This document shows positions 45,524 to 56,368 of a stretch of 64,000 nt of DNA, in pieces. The notes below the pieces were generated by a model, which was not told the DNA's origin, searched no databases, and saw only the letters and a program-made list of their open reading frames with translations. The translations under genes were made by a program, and so were the position numbers. Position 1 is the first letter of the stretch. Each line of letters begins with the position of its first letter. This stretch comes from Cyanidioschyzon merolae (Eukaryota), in assembly GCA_000091205.1 (NCBI GenBank), contig AP006489.2; one strand, written 5' to 3'.

Positions 45524-47617
45524 ATGTCTCTAGTGCGTTCTCTAACAGAGCGCCGCTCCATATGTCTCCAATCTGTTTCGTCTCTTCTGCGCACTGAAGT
45601 GACGCCTAGCGAATACACGCAACGAAGGTCACGTGAGTGTGCAGCGCACCAGTCATCCACGTTGAACGCTCAAAGGGCGTGCTCACGGCACGCGCCTGCC
45701 TGGCAGCTGGTCGCGGGCTTCCAGCAGTCGTGCAGATCGCTTGAGAGGTCCGCTGAATACGATGCGAAATCACTCAGATATCCAGCGACAGGCACAACAG
45801 GACAAATCATGTCCATGCGACAGCGATCTTTTGGGGTGCAGTCACGGAGCCTGGGAGTGACCGTTGGTCCGGCCTCATCGCTGCCGCTCGAGTCGGAGGA
45901 GTCCGGATCTGGCACCAGCAAGCGCTCCAGTGGACCAGCTACTGAGGAGCGTGCCGCTGTCGCAGCAGCACTCGCATCGAGTGCTTCAGAAGCGAACGAA
46001 GTTGCCTCGTCTGCCAAGATATCTGGACTGCTACCACCGCCGCCTTCTGCTGAAACTCGCTTGGAGTCAGCTCCGCCCCTGAACCTGTTCGACGTGGAGG
46101 CGACATACGGCACAACGCCAACGCGTGATCTCATTCGATCGCTTTTTGTTCTCCGCACCGCTCAAATGGGATGGCTGGTGCGCTACGCACCGACACTTTA
46201 TCGCTGGACACAGCGCGTGCCATTGTTGCGAGAATCAACAAACCTATTCATTAAGTACACATTTTTCCGGCATTTCTGTGGCGGCGAGACGCTTTCCGAA
46301 TGCCGCGAGTACGTTGAAAAATTGCGTGCTCGTGGCGTCGGCTCTATTCTCGACTATTCGGCAGAGGGCGAAGCGGCGCCAATGAACGCGGCCGCAGTCG
46401 GGCGTCGCCGCGGAGATGGTCTGCTCCTGGAGGAATCGGATATCTCTCCTGATGAGGTACGTTACGACGGCGCCGCAAATGTGCTCATGACGACGGTGCA
46501 ATGGGCTGGCAACGAGGCCAGACACTGCGACACGATCAGCTGTCTCAAGGTATCAGCGCTTGCTCGGTTCGAGTTGCTGGAAAGGATCAGCGAGGCATTA
46601 GCTATTCGTTTTGGGAATCTGACGACGACCCACGATGGCACGCCATTCCTGCTATTAGGTCACTTTGATGCAAATGGCCTCGTTCGAGCGATAGCTGACT
46701 CTTACGAATTCGACGAGTCGGAAATTGGCATGGCAGGTGCTGTCGGCATGGCAGCGTCGGGCTCTGGAGCTGCTGTGGATCACGAGCCCAAGCAGCCGTC
46801 GGATTCGATTTTGGACCACGTGTCACTGCATCTTTTCAATGAGTATTTGTCGCCTGCGGAGCGCCTCGAATTCGCGCGGGTACTCTGTCGCCTCGATGCG
46901 GTGTGTTCTGAGGCAAGGCGCTATCGAGTCCCGATGCTGATCGATGCAGAGCAGTACTCCATTCAGACTGCGATTGATTTCTGTGCGGGACTGATGATGT
47001 TGCGACACAATCGCTCGTTTGAGTCCGACCAGGAAACACCAGCAATTATGTACTCCACTGTACAGTCGTATCTGAAAGATTCACCGGAACGCCTCAAGGC
47101 CTACCGCGAGCTTGCGAGTCGTTTCCGTTTCCGCTACGGTGTCAAGCAGGTGCGTGGTGCCTACATGGCCTCAGAGCGTCGACGCGCTGCTGCGGCGGGT
47201 CGCCCAGACCTATCACCCATCCACGACACGATCGAGGATACACACGCGAGCTACAATGCTGGACTGAGTGCGCTCATCGACGAGGTGCGGGCTGGCCACG
47301 CGGCGGCTCTATTTGCCACGCACAACGTGGAGTCGCTCCAGCGAGCAGTGGAGCTTGTTGGCTCCGACTCTTTACTGCGCCGAAACGCGGCGTTACGTTT
47401 CGCTCAGCTCTACGGGATGGGTGATTCGCTAACTTTCGGCCTTGCCAGGGCAGGCTTCAGAGCCTGCAAATACGTTCCATTCGGGCGCGTCGATGAGGTG
47501 ATGCCGTACCTGTTACGACGGCTGGAGGAGAATCACAGCGCGTTGGGAACGGCACCACGAGATATCTCGCACTTCTTGGCCGAACTGCGGCGTAGAGACC
47601 TCCGTGTGCCTTTATGA
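45524..47617 (+). CDS. PRODH: Proline dehydrogenase (PRODH, proline oxidase), mitochondrial-type
   Basis: PRODH signatures are present: 'VPMLIDAEQYSIQTAIDF', 'YGVKQVRGAYMASERRRA', 'QLYGMGDSLTFGLARAGFRACKYVPFGRVDEVMPYLLRRLEENHSALG'. Confidence 0.9.
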   Translation: MSLVRSLTERRSICLQSVSSLLRTEVTPSEYTQRRSRECAAHQSSTLNAQRACSRHAPAWQLVAGFQQSCRSLERSAEYDAKSLRYPATGTTGQIMSMRQRSFGVQSRSLGVTVGPASSLPLESEESGSGTSKRSSGPATEERAAVAAALASSASEANEVASSAKISGLLPPPPSAETRLESAPPLNLFDVEATYGTTPTRDLIRSLFVLRTAQMGWLVRYAPTLYRWTQRVPLLRESTNLFIKYTFFRHFCGGETLSECREYVEKLRARGVGSILDYSAEGEAAPMNAAAVGRRRGDGLLLEESDISPDEVRYDGAANVLMTTVQWAGNEARHCDTISCLKVSALARFELLERISEALAIRFGNLTTTHDGTPFLLLGHFDANGLVRAIADSYEFDESEIGMAGAVGMAASGSGAAVDHEPKQPSDSILDHVSLHLFNEYLSPAERLEFARVLCRLDAVCSEARRYRVPMLIDAEQYSIQTAIDFCAGLMMLRHNRSFESDQETPAIMYSTVQSYLKDSPERLKAYRELASRFRFRYGVKQVRGAYMASERRRAAAAGRPDLSPIHDTIEDTHASYNAGLSALIDEVRAGHAAALFATHNVESLQRAVELVGSDSLLRRNAALRFAQLYGMGDSLTFGLARAGFRACKYVPFGRVDEVMPYLLRRLEENHSALGTAPRDISHFLAELRRRDLRVPL

Positions 47618-48191
47618 GCGTGAAAACCGCCAGTGCGAGCAGTACAGCGTCTTGCTGCGGGTCAGCTGGAGCTTGATTGTGCTCCTTCGTGCACAAAGAG
47701 TGCTGCATGGATGAAAGCTCGAAAAGGCCACACAGAGTCCCTGGTACCTGAGACGTGGAAAACAGCGCAACTGCTCTCTATGACGCGTGTGTTTCATACC
47801 GATATCGTGTTTGTACGCGTAAAATCATGATCCGTTATCGAATGAGTCATCACCATTCAGTTCCGCAAGCACCGCCAGTGAATGCCATGGGCGAAGCATG
47901 CCATCAAATTTGAACGTAGCGGACGCCATCCGCATGCGTATTTAGCCTTGAATGGCTTCTTGCCACCGGTGCCGCGAGACGTCAGCTTGTGTTGCTGCAA
48001 GTGGGCAGTGCGCGCCTTGAAACATCTGGATTTGGGTTGATTAGGTCCAGGACGTGCGCAGAAGCATGTCGCATAATCAGAGAGCCACCTGCGGCGCCAA
48101 TTCTCACTAGAACGGATTCTCTCGGTCGTTGGCGGTTCGATGAGTGAGTCTGGCGCGTTGCTCAATGAGAGTTAAGGTGCTGATGCCCTGG

Positions 48192-49919
48192 TCAACTGGA
48201 TTTGGCGAGATGGTTGACGAGCGCGAGTCCGAGCGCTCCTGGCGCCCGGCCGACGAAAACTGTCGAGGGCGGAATGGATTCGGGGACACGTCCGTCGCAG
48301 GCTTCCATTGGCTGCTGCGGGTAGACGTGCGCAAGCCTTTCTAGCAGTTCCAGGGTTGCGAGCCGCCAATACTTGGCGAGCTCGGGACCAGTCTCCCTCC
48401 ATAAAGGCGCAGTTGTGAGGCGCTGGCTGAACTCTGCCCACTCTTCCGGGTCGAGATCTTCCAGGCTGCCAATCTCTCGGCCGCTAATGAACGGTTGCTC
48501 ATCAGTATCTGTAGTACGAAGCGAACCACTTGCGATGGCAAAGTCTGGCGGACATGCGTGAAAGACCAGTACGACCGGCGCAGGGAGCGAACGCTCTTCG
48601 TGTCGAGACGACTCCAGCCGGCCACTGGTAGCCCGCACCGATGAAATCGCGACAGAGTCCTGAATAGTCTCAATAAAATTACAGAAAGTGTCTAATAGTC
48701 GATCGAAGGTAACAAAATCGTCCTGATGAAGTCGAAGCGCATCATCCAGCGGTGAGGTAACTGGTGTCGATCCCACCGCGGTGATCAGGTCCAGCCCCGA
48801 TGTGGTTAGATCGATCCTCCCGAGAAGCGTGCAGGCACATGTTCGTGTCGCAGCTCTGCTTCGCTGGTCTATCTGGATGTCGGTGCATCCTGCGGATGCA
48901 TCCTGGCGGATGCTGGTCCCTGAAATAGACGTTGGCAATTTCGACAGGTCCCCTGTCTCAAGGCGCCTAGCTGAGGAAGTAGACTCTATGGCGGCCGTCA
49001 ATGGTAGCGTTTTTGCGGGCTCGGAAGCCGCATCGAAGCAAACACCCCGAGGTATGCGGTGTGGATCGCGCTCTTCAGGCACATCAGATACGGAATGCGT
49101 CCCCGAATCGCCGTACGGACGCTCGAGTCCTAGCCAGTCATGTTCGCGGTTGATGACGCGACCAGCACGAATTAGAATTTGTACCATATCACGACTTGCT
49201 CCTGGTGGAAAAAAATCGCGGAACGGGAGATGCAGGCGCAGAACTGGTACAGGCAGGTGCGACGATGCGACCGGGCACCGTGCAGAGGTCGCAGGTGTTT
49301 CCGCTCGAGAGCTCGTCGGCGGTGGCAACGTTCCAGTCTGGGCCCAGGCTACCGCAGCTGGATATGCCCTGGCTGCTGCAGTCGCTAACTGGAAGGCACA
49401 ATCTGGGGTATCCCCTACGATATACAGGTCCACAGACAGTGAGTCCCGCAACCTGTGAGTCTCTACCGGTCGCGTACCATACCCAGACCATTTCTCTTCG
49501 ATGCGTTGCCGCAGTTCAGGCATGGGGTAGCTACTCTTTAGGCGGTACGGTGCCGTCAACCCAATTTGTATTGCAAGGTAGCCTAGAACCTTTTTTACCG
49601 TCTTTAGAGACGACTCCAACGGGGGCACCGCGAGGCCAAGCCAGTCGAGACCTCGCAGCGCTGCCGAGCAGCCATGAAGAGCGTGACGCCTTAGTCGCCT
49701 ACTAACGTGCACGGCAGCCGTACGAATGCTCTGGAACCTGCCGTCAACCACGCGTAGATCTGTCTGGTCAACGGCGGCGGAGTAGAAAGCGCTCGGTAGT
49801 GTTGGTTCAGCGAGGGCGTTTCGGCGCACCCACCAGGCGCCCGCAGCGCACCCGAGCCCCCAAACCACAAGCACGCCCTTCAGGCGCCGAAACCGTGACC
49901 CCTGCTGGTACCCATACAT
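48192..49919 (-). CDS. Hypothetical protein. There is a possible N-terminal GxGxxA dinucleotide-binding-like motif and no confident family
   Basis: 575-aa ORF with non-repetitive composition. 'VVWGLGCAAGAWW' fits GxGxxA. It may be interrupted by introns. Confidence 0.3.
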   Translation of the reverse strand: MYGYQQGSRFRRLKGVLVVWGLGCAAGAWWVRRNALAEPTLPSAFYSAAVDQTDLRVVDGRFQSIRTAAVHVSRRLRRHALHGCSAALRGLDWLGLAVPPLESSLKTVKKVLGYLAIQIGLTAPYRLKSSYPMPELRQRIEEKWSGYGTRPVETHRLRDSLSVDLYIVGDTPDCAFQLATAAARAYPAAVAWAQTGTLPPPTSSRAETPATSARCPVASSHLPVPVLRLHLPFRDFFPPGASRDMVQILIRAGRVINREHDWLGLERPYGDSGTHSVSDVPEERDPHRIPRGVCFDAASEPAKTLPLTAAIESTSSARRLETGDLSKLPTSISGTSIRQDASAGCTDIQIDQRSRAATRTCACTLLGRIDLTTSGLDLITAVGSTPVTSPLDDALRLHQDDFVTFDRLLDTFCNFIETIQDSVAISSVRATSGRLESSRHEERSLPAPVVLVFHACPPDFAIASGSLRTTDTDEQPFISGREIGSLEDLDPEEWAEFSQRLTTAPLWRETGPELAKYWRLATLELLERLAHVYPQQPMEACDGRVPESIPPSTVFVGRAPGALGLALVNHLAKSS

Positions 49920-50984
49920 CGAGGCGCCATGCTCGAGTGCAAACTCTCAAGTCGCTGTCGTTGGAGCAACAGTGCCAGTTAGGAATAAAATAGTAATAGT
50001 GGACACGCGGCGTTATGGCTGCCGTGCATGCGTGCGTTGTCACACTCGTGTCACACATTTGGACGTTCGATCCATTGTGTGTGCGGGCGCTGTGGGAAAG
50101 AGAATCTGCTGCGCTCCAGGCTGTCTATGTGTGTCTATGTGCCTGTGTAATTGTATGCCCACGCAGAAGGTGTAGAGTATCCTGTGTATGCGGGTGGATT
50201 CAGGGGTGCGGCACGCGTTCGTGATGAACGCTGCTGGGCGTTCCGAGACGCGTCGATTGCTGATGGTTTCAGAGGCACCGTCTGCGAGGCGATTCTCAAT
50301 GTTCGTTCAATCGAAATGCGATGAAAATCATAGCTTTAGGTGCAAGCACAGATGCAAGTCCTACGGTGGAAGTCTTCAGGTCTGTAACTTGCACACGAAC
50401 CGTCGTCCTGTACCGACCTGGACCGCTCGATCGCTTCGAATTCTAGCCGAGGATTCCTGTTCTGTTGCCTTGCTCCGCGTCCTGGGTATCACCGGAGAGA
50501 TCATCAGAGTACTACCAGTAGCGTTGGGTGTTGAGCGCAAGCAGATGTGCTCGACACGGGAGCAGTGCACGTGCCCAGGTCGACCTAGTGGGCAGTGAGT
50601 AGTGTCCAGAACGGCAATTGGGCATATCGACTGCATAATTGGAGCAGAAAAGCACACTTCCGGATGTGTGCGTTCGCCACGTACACTAAACGTCTGTTGG
50701 AAAATAGATTCCCTGCGATGCGCCCCTTAAAAAAAGGAGCACCGCATCGCGATCGGCGAACGCGTCTACCGAGCACCTTGTCCTGCCGCTTAAGAACTAC
50801 GTTTGACGTTTGAAAGGCGTTCTCAAACGCACTGGCGCGTTCTTTGCCTCTTTGGTTCGGTTGCAGAGCACGGCCCGCGCGGCGCGATCAGCGAACCTGA
50901 CAGACTGGCGCCAAGCGCTTCGACTTCAAAACCAGGTTCGGCAACCCAAAAAGCCTTTGCAATCCGTACAAACTCGTTATTTTC

Positions 50985-51188
50985 CTACTTGAGGCGGACG
51001 AAAAGCTTCGAGGCTACGCACAAGTCAATGCACCGCCAAAAGTCCAGGTACTGGCCGGTGCAGTGCGCCTCGCCGGCTGGGTCGTTTTCGATTCGTTTGG
51101 TGCAGTCTTCGTACTCTATTAGTTGCCTTATACACTGCGGCCGACATGACTCCTCAATCTCGACTTTTGGATCGACCGTCTCTGACAT
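50985..51188 (-). CDS. QCR6: Cytochrome bc1 complex subunit 6 (hinge protein, QCR6/UQCRH), plant-type short form
   Basis: 67 aa 'VDPKVEIEESCRPQCIRQLIEYEDCTKRIENDPAGEAHCTGQYLDFWRCIDLCVASKLFVRLK' aligns almost residue for residue with plant QCR6 (VDPKKYLEESCKPKCVKPLLEYQACVKRIQGD..HKHCTGQYFDYWQCVDKCVAPKLFAKLK). Confidence 0.85.
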   Translation of the reverse strand: MSETVDPKVEIEESCRPQCIRQLIEYEDCTKRIENDPAGEAHCTGQYLDFWRCIDLCVASKLFVRLK

Positions 51189-51400
51189 TTCCTGCGTGTT
51201 CTACGATCAGCGAACGACTTTCGAAAGACAAACGTCGCTGCGGTCGACAGTACAGTAGTGGCGAGAAACCCGCCTTGACGAGACGTCTCCAACTGATGTG
51301 CAGACGCCTCTGTCTTTTTGGACCGGCCACCTACTACTGCTTCCATTGTTTTCTCATATAGTTCCACTTTGGCATATTGTCCAACAAAGTTCCCTCGTGT

Positions 51401-52012
51401 CTATTCTGGAGGACTCGTCTCCATCACCGCATATCTTGTTGTATTGATAGCGGCATTGTAGTCACGATTCACGAATGCCATATGTTTCTCACCATCATTG
51501 GTTGTACATACTAACGCAAGTAGCCCGCGAACTTTTGCCCTCCTTTCCGTTTGCTCTTCCGTCAGCGGTCTGTACTTTTTTGTATCATCAAGGCTCCGCA
51601 GGCACTTTTCCATCTCCACCCTCTGAGGTGTGCATTCCAACTCATGGTGTGTATACGATGTTCGGAACTCATCCATCGGTATCGTAACGAAATGCCTTGC
51701 GCAAGCTTTGTACGTTCTCGTCGTTGATGCTGATGCACACCCTTTTCGGGTCTTCCAGCGCCATGCTCCGTGTGCTACTACGAGCCCCTGACGTACATCC
51801 TCCTTCAGGGCGCACAACTCATTGAAAAAGTTCGCGAACGCACGCCATTTCCCCCAGTATAGATTCATACGAAGACGAGCCCACCGGGGCTTTGTATACT
51901 CTTTACAGAGCGCATCCAAATAAGCAACGCGAACTTCCATGAATTTCCGAAAAGATTTAAAGTACGCGCCGCGGCTCGTCGCCTCGCTGATACCTTCCAG
52001 GTGATCCTTCAT
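51401..52012 (-). CDS. C-terminal RuvC-II/zinc-ribbon/RuvC-III region of a TnpB/Fanzor-like (OMEGA-type RNA-guided) nuclease
   Basis: '...LYWGKWRAFANFFNEL.......HFVTIPMDEFRTSYTHHELEC...C...LVCTTNDGEKHMAFVNRDYNAAINT' matches the TnpB/Cas12 terminal architecture: WgeF...L.YKa block, v.vdp.yTSq.C zinc-ribbon entry, then the RuvC-III 'DxNAAxNI' motif (here RDYNAAIN). Confidence 0.5.
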   Translation of the reverse strand: MKDHLEGISEATSRGAYFKSFRKFMEVRVAYLDALCKEYTKPRWARLRMNLYWGKWRAFANFFNELCALKEDVRQGLVVAHGAWRWKTRKGCASASTTRTYKACARHFVTIPMDEFRTSYTHHELECTPQRVEMEKCLRSLDDTKKYRPLTEEQTERRAKVRGLLALVCTTNDGEKHMAFVNRDYNAAINTTRYAVMETSPPE

Positions 52013-52081
52013 ACCTACATTCCATGTCTCAATTTTCTTCCTTGCATTCGTTATCCCAGATTCTCGGCAGCATCTCGATCT

Positions 52082-53577
52082 TTAGAGCTTTAAAAGACGC
52101 ATGTCCTTCTGATGTAAGTTGTTGTCGTTACCATCTTACACACGCTTGGGTACAGCGATGGTTACGATGTTCGTGTTCCCAGCGTCCGCGCAAAACGACA
52201 ATGTCATTCTCATGCACTTCCTGCATCGCAGGATCCGCCTCCTTCTCATCTCCGTGCTTCGTCACCGGCGCAGCCGAGGGCGGGACTGGACAATGTTTCT
52301 TCGACCCCGATAGTTTACACGCATAGACATGCCATCGGTTTCCATGGTGCCTGTGAATGCATTATTTCTTGCCCGCATCGAGACGTATGAAATGGAGGGG
52401 TAATTTTCATGTTCGTCTCCCGGTTTTCGCAAGTGAACTCTATCTTCCTTACATCGAACTCCGTACAAAAAATCCCTCATGGTATCTTGAAGAGCTGAGG
52501 AGTCCATTGTCACACACTGTAATCTGATGCTCCGTAAGGGAACGACGTCGAAGCGCTTCCCCATTAGGGCAGCGTTCCGGTTCTCCGACTGTATACTTTC
52601 CCACATCCAGCTGCTTTTCGGTCTTGCGTTCGAGTTCTCGTTCCAACAACACGAGAAACGGCAGAATGAAGCGATAACATCTTTCTTCATCTTTTTACAT
52701 ATCTGATATTTTGTCTGCTGGGTTGAGCAGCCTCAGAAAAGCACGGTGCTCTTGAATAGCCGCCGGGATTACAGAAGCTTCATTCCTTCCCCTGCGTAGT
52801 ATCTTCTTGCCGACAAATTCGATCTCCTCTTCATGCTGGCGACCGTTGGCGATGCCATTGATGATGGCCCATATACCTTTGCGAGAGACGCTCGGGTACA
52901 GCGCAGAGGTGCAGCGTATCATGAAGCGTTCGAGGTTCACAATCACGTGTTTCTCCAGGTTGGTGAGGTACTTCATGGCCCCAGAGCAGTAAATATCCCC
53001 GTCTTCCTTGTATCGATAATTGTTGAACCGGAATTCGGCGTTGGTTTCGTGGAGGGAATGCACTAGCCCATTTATTGTAGACGTTTCCCCGTGCCAACCA
53101 TCAGGTGGCGAATAAAGGTCTTGTCGAAGAGTTCTTCCGGAAACTGGTCTCTTTTGATGCACGTAACGTCGTAGTACATCTCCTTGACCATATAAACCAG
53201 TGCTAAAGAAGCTTTACGAATACTCCTGGAGTACAAATTGACACAGTTTCTGATGGCCTCTCACAAATTTTCCTTGTACGGGTTCTTAACATGTTTAAGA
53301 AGAGAGGCATTCACGAGCATCTCGTCGTACTGTCGCTTCCTTGCATCGTTTGACGTAGGGCCTCCTGCCTTTGGTTCTTGGTCCTCTCCCGTTCCTATGA
53401 GCTTGGCACTGGTTTTCGATTTTTCTCCCGCAGCCGGCGATACCGGCTCTCCAGGATCCTCCACTCCCTATTCCACAACTTTCCTTTCTTATTATTTTGA
53501 AAATGAACGCATTCTGAATGCTTCTGGCATAAACCGCGAAAAATCAGTTGGACATACTTACTTGGGGATTGGTACAC
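52082..53577 (-). pseudogene. Upstream (N-terminal) portion of the same TnpB/Fanzor-like gene. It is broken by in-frame stops and frame changes, either from introns or from pseudogenisation
   Basis: ORFs 52262..52690(-) (same frame as 51401..52012), 52695..53162(-), 53261..53464(-) and 53395..53577(-) tile about 2.1 kb upstream. That is Fanzor-sized (~700 aa) rather than bacterial TnpB-sized (~400 aa). A possible RuvC-I-like 'KGIWAIINGIANG' (GIDLG-like, with D->W) is only weakly supported. Confidence 0.3.
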
Positions 53578-54819
53578 GGTTGAACTGAAATCTATTCTTT
53601 GCTACGACTTTAGTAAATATATTTTACGTTAGCGCAACACGCGAATACAAAGGATCGCGTCTCGCTTTAGCTGCGAGATGCAAGTCGTGTCTCATGCCTG
53701 CCAGCTATGAAGGTGCGCTTATCGACCGCGCAACAGAAAAAAAAGAACAGAAACTAAACACTAACTAGTAACGAAAGATAAATTTCGTTCGAACTTCATG
53801 CTAAGCGATAAAAGAAGAAAAGGTTTCCGTATTTTAGAAAGCTTGCCTTCTAGGAGGAAGGCCACGCGAGCCGCACATGTGTGCGGGGCACGTGCTCTAT
53901 GCTTCCCAAGTGACAGGTGCTTTAGTGCGATCTGGGCAACTCATCCACAACGCAGTTTATTCTTCCGGTAGGAGAGGGTATGCTGCAGGTGAGCGTCGCA
54001 CTGGTCGAAGATGACTCCCAGTATAAAGCGCCGCGCTGTTACAGGCAGTAGGTCAGCGTGTCCAGCTTGGAGGCTCCCAGAAGTATAAATAGCCCTGGTT
54101 CCGTGTCAAGGGAACCAAGCCTCTTCCGACGCGCTCAGTGGTATGCCGAAGCTGTTCTGTTTCCGTAGCGCATCCGCATCAGCGATAGAGATGCTACGGC
54201 GGGTGCTCATGGCAAGCAAACGGAGCACGATAGAAAGTATGAATCAACCAGTACAGCCGAGAGTAAATAAAAACGTTGGAACGTACAGAAATTTTTCACC
54301 ATGATGGACGCATTCCCGACAGCCAATATCTATCAAGCAATCTGGGATATATGTTGAGTGGAAACGTTCCGTCGAACCAAAGAAAGCATAGCACGTGAGG
54401 GAATTCCCTAATGTCTCTGGTATTCGAAGCATCGCCTTGGCAGATGCATGTGCGCTCAAATTATCCCGCAGGAGTAAATTCCCTTATACCTCCGCTGCGC
54501 TATTCGTCGGCAGGCAGCGATCGTCGTGATCTCGGAGGAAGACTTTGCGGAGCTCTTAGCGCGAAGTATTTGCGAGGTTACTGGTCCGAAAACTGGGAGC
54601 TTTAACTGGTTTCTGAAAAGGATACAGAGCGCTTGTGCTAGTTCCACTCAACGCTTGGAAGTCTACACGAGACTGAGGTCAGAATCTGTGTAATTGACGG
54701 ACGATCACTCGTGCAGCTACACCAAAGAGGTTTTTGACTGGATACGCACGCTTACGCGAACGTTCCTAGTTGGTGGCGCGATTGGCAGCTTTGCACCGGA
54801 GAAAATCTAATCCAAGAAA

Positions 54820-56031
54820 ATGCAAGCTCTTTTCGTTTCTGTTCCGCTGTACCAGGAAAGACATATTGTTTGCGCGCGCGCTGCAACTCGAGCACCGTTC
54901 CCGCTGCGTACGCCTCGTAACGGGTGCTTCGCAGCTGGACATCGTCACCACTGCCAGCATCCGCTTCCTTTGGTGGTGCAGCGTTTGCCTGTAGCGCGCC
55001 GGCACCACGCGCTGCATCTTCGTATGGGCCCGAAACAGTCGCAGATCGCCGTGATCACTGGCGCGTCCTCTGGGGTCGGTCTGTATGCAGCTCGCGCTCT
55101 GATCAACAAGGGCAACTGGCACATCGTCATGGCATGTCGTGACGTCGACCGGGCGGAGCGCGCAGCAAACAGCGTAAACCTTCCAAAAGACGCCTATACA
55201 GTGCTGCATTGTGATCTGGCTGATTTCGCCTCTGTGTTGAAGTTTGTGAGAGAGCTGTCAAGTGTGGCGCGCGTCGACCACCTGGATGCCCTGATCTGCA
55301 ATGCCGCAATCTGGCATCCGCGGGACAAGAAACCGCGTTTCACGGTGGACGGCATCGAGGAAACCATGCAGGTATGCCATCTGAGCCATTTGCTTCTATG
55401 TCGGGAGCTGTTGCCGAAGCTGAAAATATCGCGCGGGCGCATTGTGTTTCTGACGACTCAGACACACTCGCCGAATTCGTTGCCGGGAAAGATTCCCCCG
55501 CAGGCTCGTCTCGGTGATTTGTCTGGTCTAGCCGCGGGGCTTGGTCCGCAGACGACGGGCATGGTGGACAGTGGCCCGTTTGAGCCCACAAAAGCCTACA
55601 AAGACGCCAAAGCCGCGAACGTGTTGACAATGAAGGCGCTTAGTGATCGATACGGCCGCGACGGGGTGACCTCTGTGGCGATTTTTCCGGGATGTGTCGC
55701 CGACAGCAACCTCTTCCGCGAAAAGCGTGGCTGGTTCCGCTACGTATTCTTCCCGATTCTTCAGAAGTACATCACTCGGCAATACGTTCCGAATGATGAG
55801 GCCGGCCGCCGCGTAGCCGAAGTGGCGACCCAGGGACAGTTCTCGGACTCGGGCTCGTATTATCAGTGGCGTGGCAAATATACGGAAGGTCGAGAGAAGA
55901 CGAAACCGCAGGTTATTGAACCAACATACGAAATCGACAAGGCAGATCAGCTTTACGAACTGAGTCTTGATCTGATCGACCAGGCGTTACGGCGGCGAGG
56001 CCTCAAGTCGACTATCTTGGCCCCTGTCTAA
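54820..56031 (+). CDS. POR: Light-dependent NADPH:protochlorophyllide oxidoreductase (LPOR, SDR family) with an N-terminal transit-peptide-like extension
   Basis: Colinear with plant POR: 'ITGASSGVGLYAARALINKGNWHIVMACRD..AERAA', 'PKDAYTVLHCDLADFASV', 'RLGDLSGLAAGL', 'TKAYKDAKAANVLTM', 'PGCVADSNLFRE', 'LQKYITRQYVPNDEAGRRVAEVA'. The ATG start was checked in the sequence. Confidence 0.9.
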   Translation: MQALFVSVPLYQERHIVCARAATRAPFPLRTPRNGCFAAGHRHHCQHPLPLVVQRLPVARRHHALHLRMGPKQSQIAVITGASSGVGLYAARALINKGNWHIVMACRDVDRAERAANSVNLPKDAYTVLHCDLADFASVLKFVRELSSVARVDHLDALICNAAIWHPRDKKPRFTVDGIEETMQVCHLSHLLLCRELLPKLKISRGRIVFLTTQTHSPNSLPGKIPPQARLGDLSGLAAGLGPQTTGMVDSGPFEPTKAYKDAKAANVLTMKALSDRYGRDGVTSVAIFPGCVADSNLFREKRGWFRYVFFPILQKYITRQYVPNDEAGRRVAEVATQGQFSDSGSYYQWRGKYTEGREKTKPQVIEPTYEIDKADQLYELSLDLIDQALRRRGLKSTILAPV

Positions 56032-56368
56032 GGTTTGTTAGTGATGAAAATGAGATGCAGCTTCGGAGCGCAGACCGCTGCTTCAAGAACAGATGTAAGA
56101 GCAACAGCGTAACGATGAGACGACACCCCACTGTCACAATCGGATATTGAACGGATGGGTGGGCATTCCTCCTGTAGTGGTGAACCAAAATTGCTTCGCA
56201 AGTCATAAAGCGTACTGAAGTAGTGATTAATATAGCTATAGCTATGACCTACTTCGCATCGAACGCGCCAGAGAATGCTGACTGCGGTCGTTGAAGAGGG
56301 CAGAGCGTGTTTATTTGGGTATTTTTTTGCGGTGAAGAATATGGCAATAGAAGCGCACTTGCAGACGT

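Noticed and set aside
37264-53577. Bacterial-looking genes (LpxB, TnpB-like, QCR6-adjacent) suggesting a prokaryotic or contaminant contig or defence island
   Set aside because: They are physically linked to clearly eukaryotic features: an L1-like LINE with zf-RVT, a Hedgehog-type Hint domain, trefoil domains, a Plus3/Rtf1 protein, a myristoylated PP2C and plant-type QCR6. LpxB and POR carry N-terminal extensions typical of organelle-targeted nuclear genes. The TnpB-like gene is Fanzor-sized and fragmented as expected with introns or decay.
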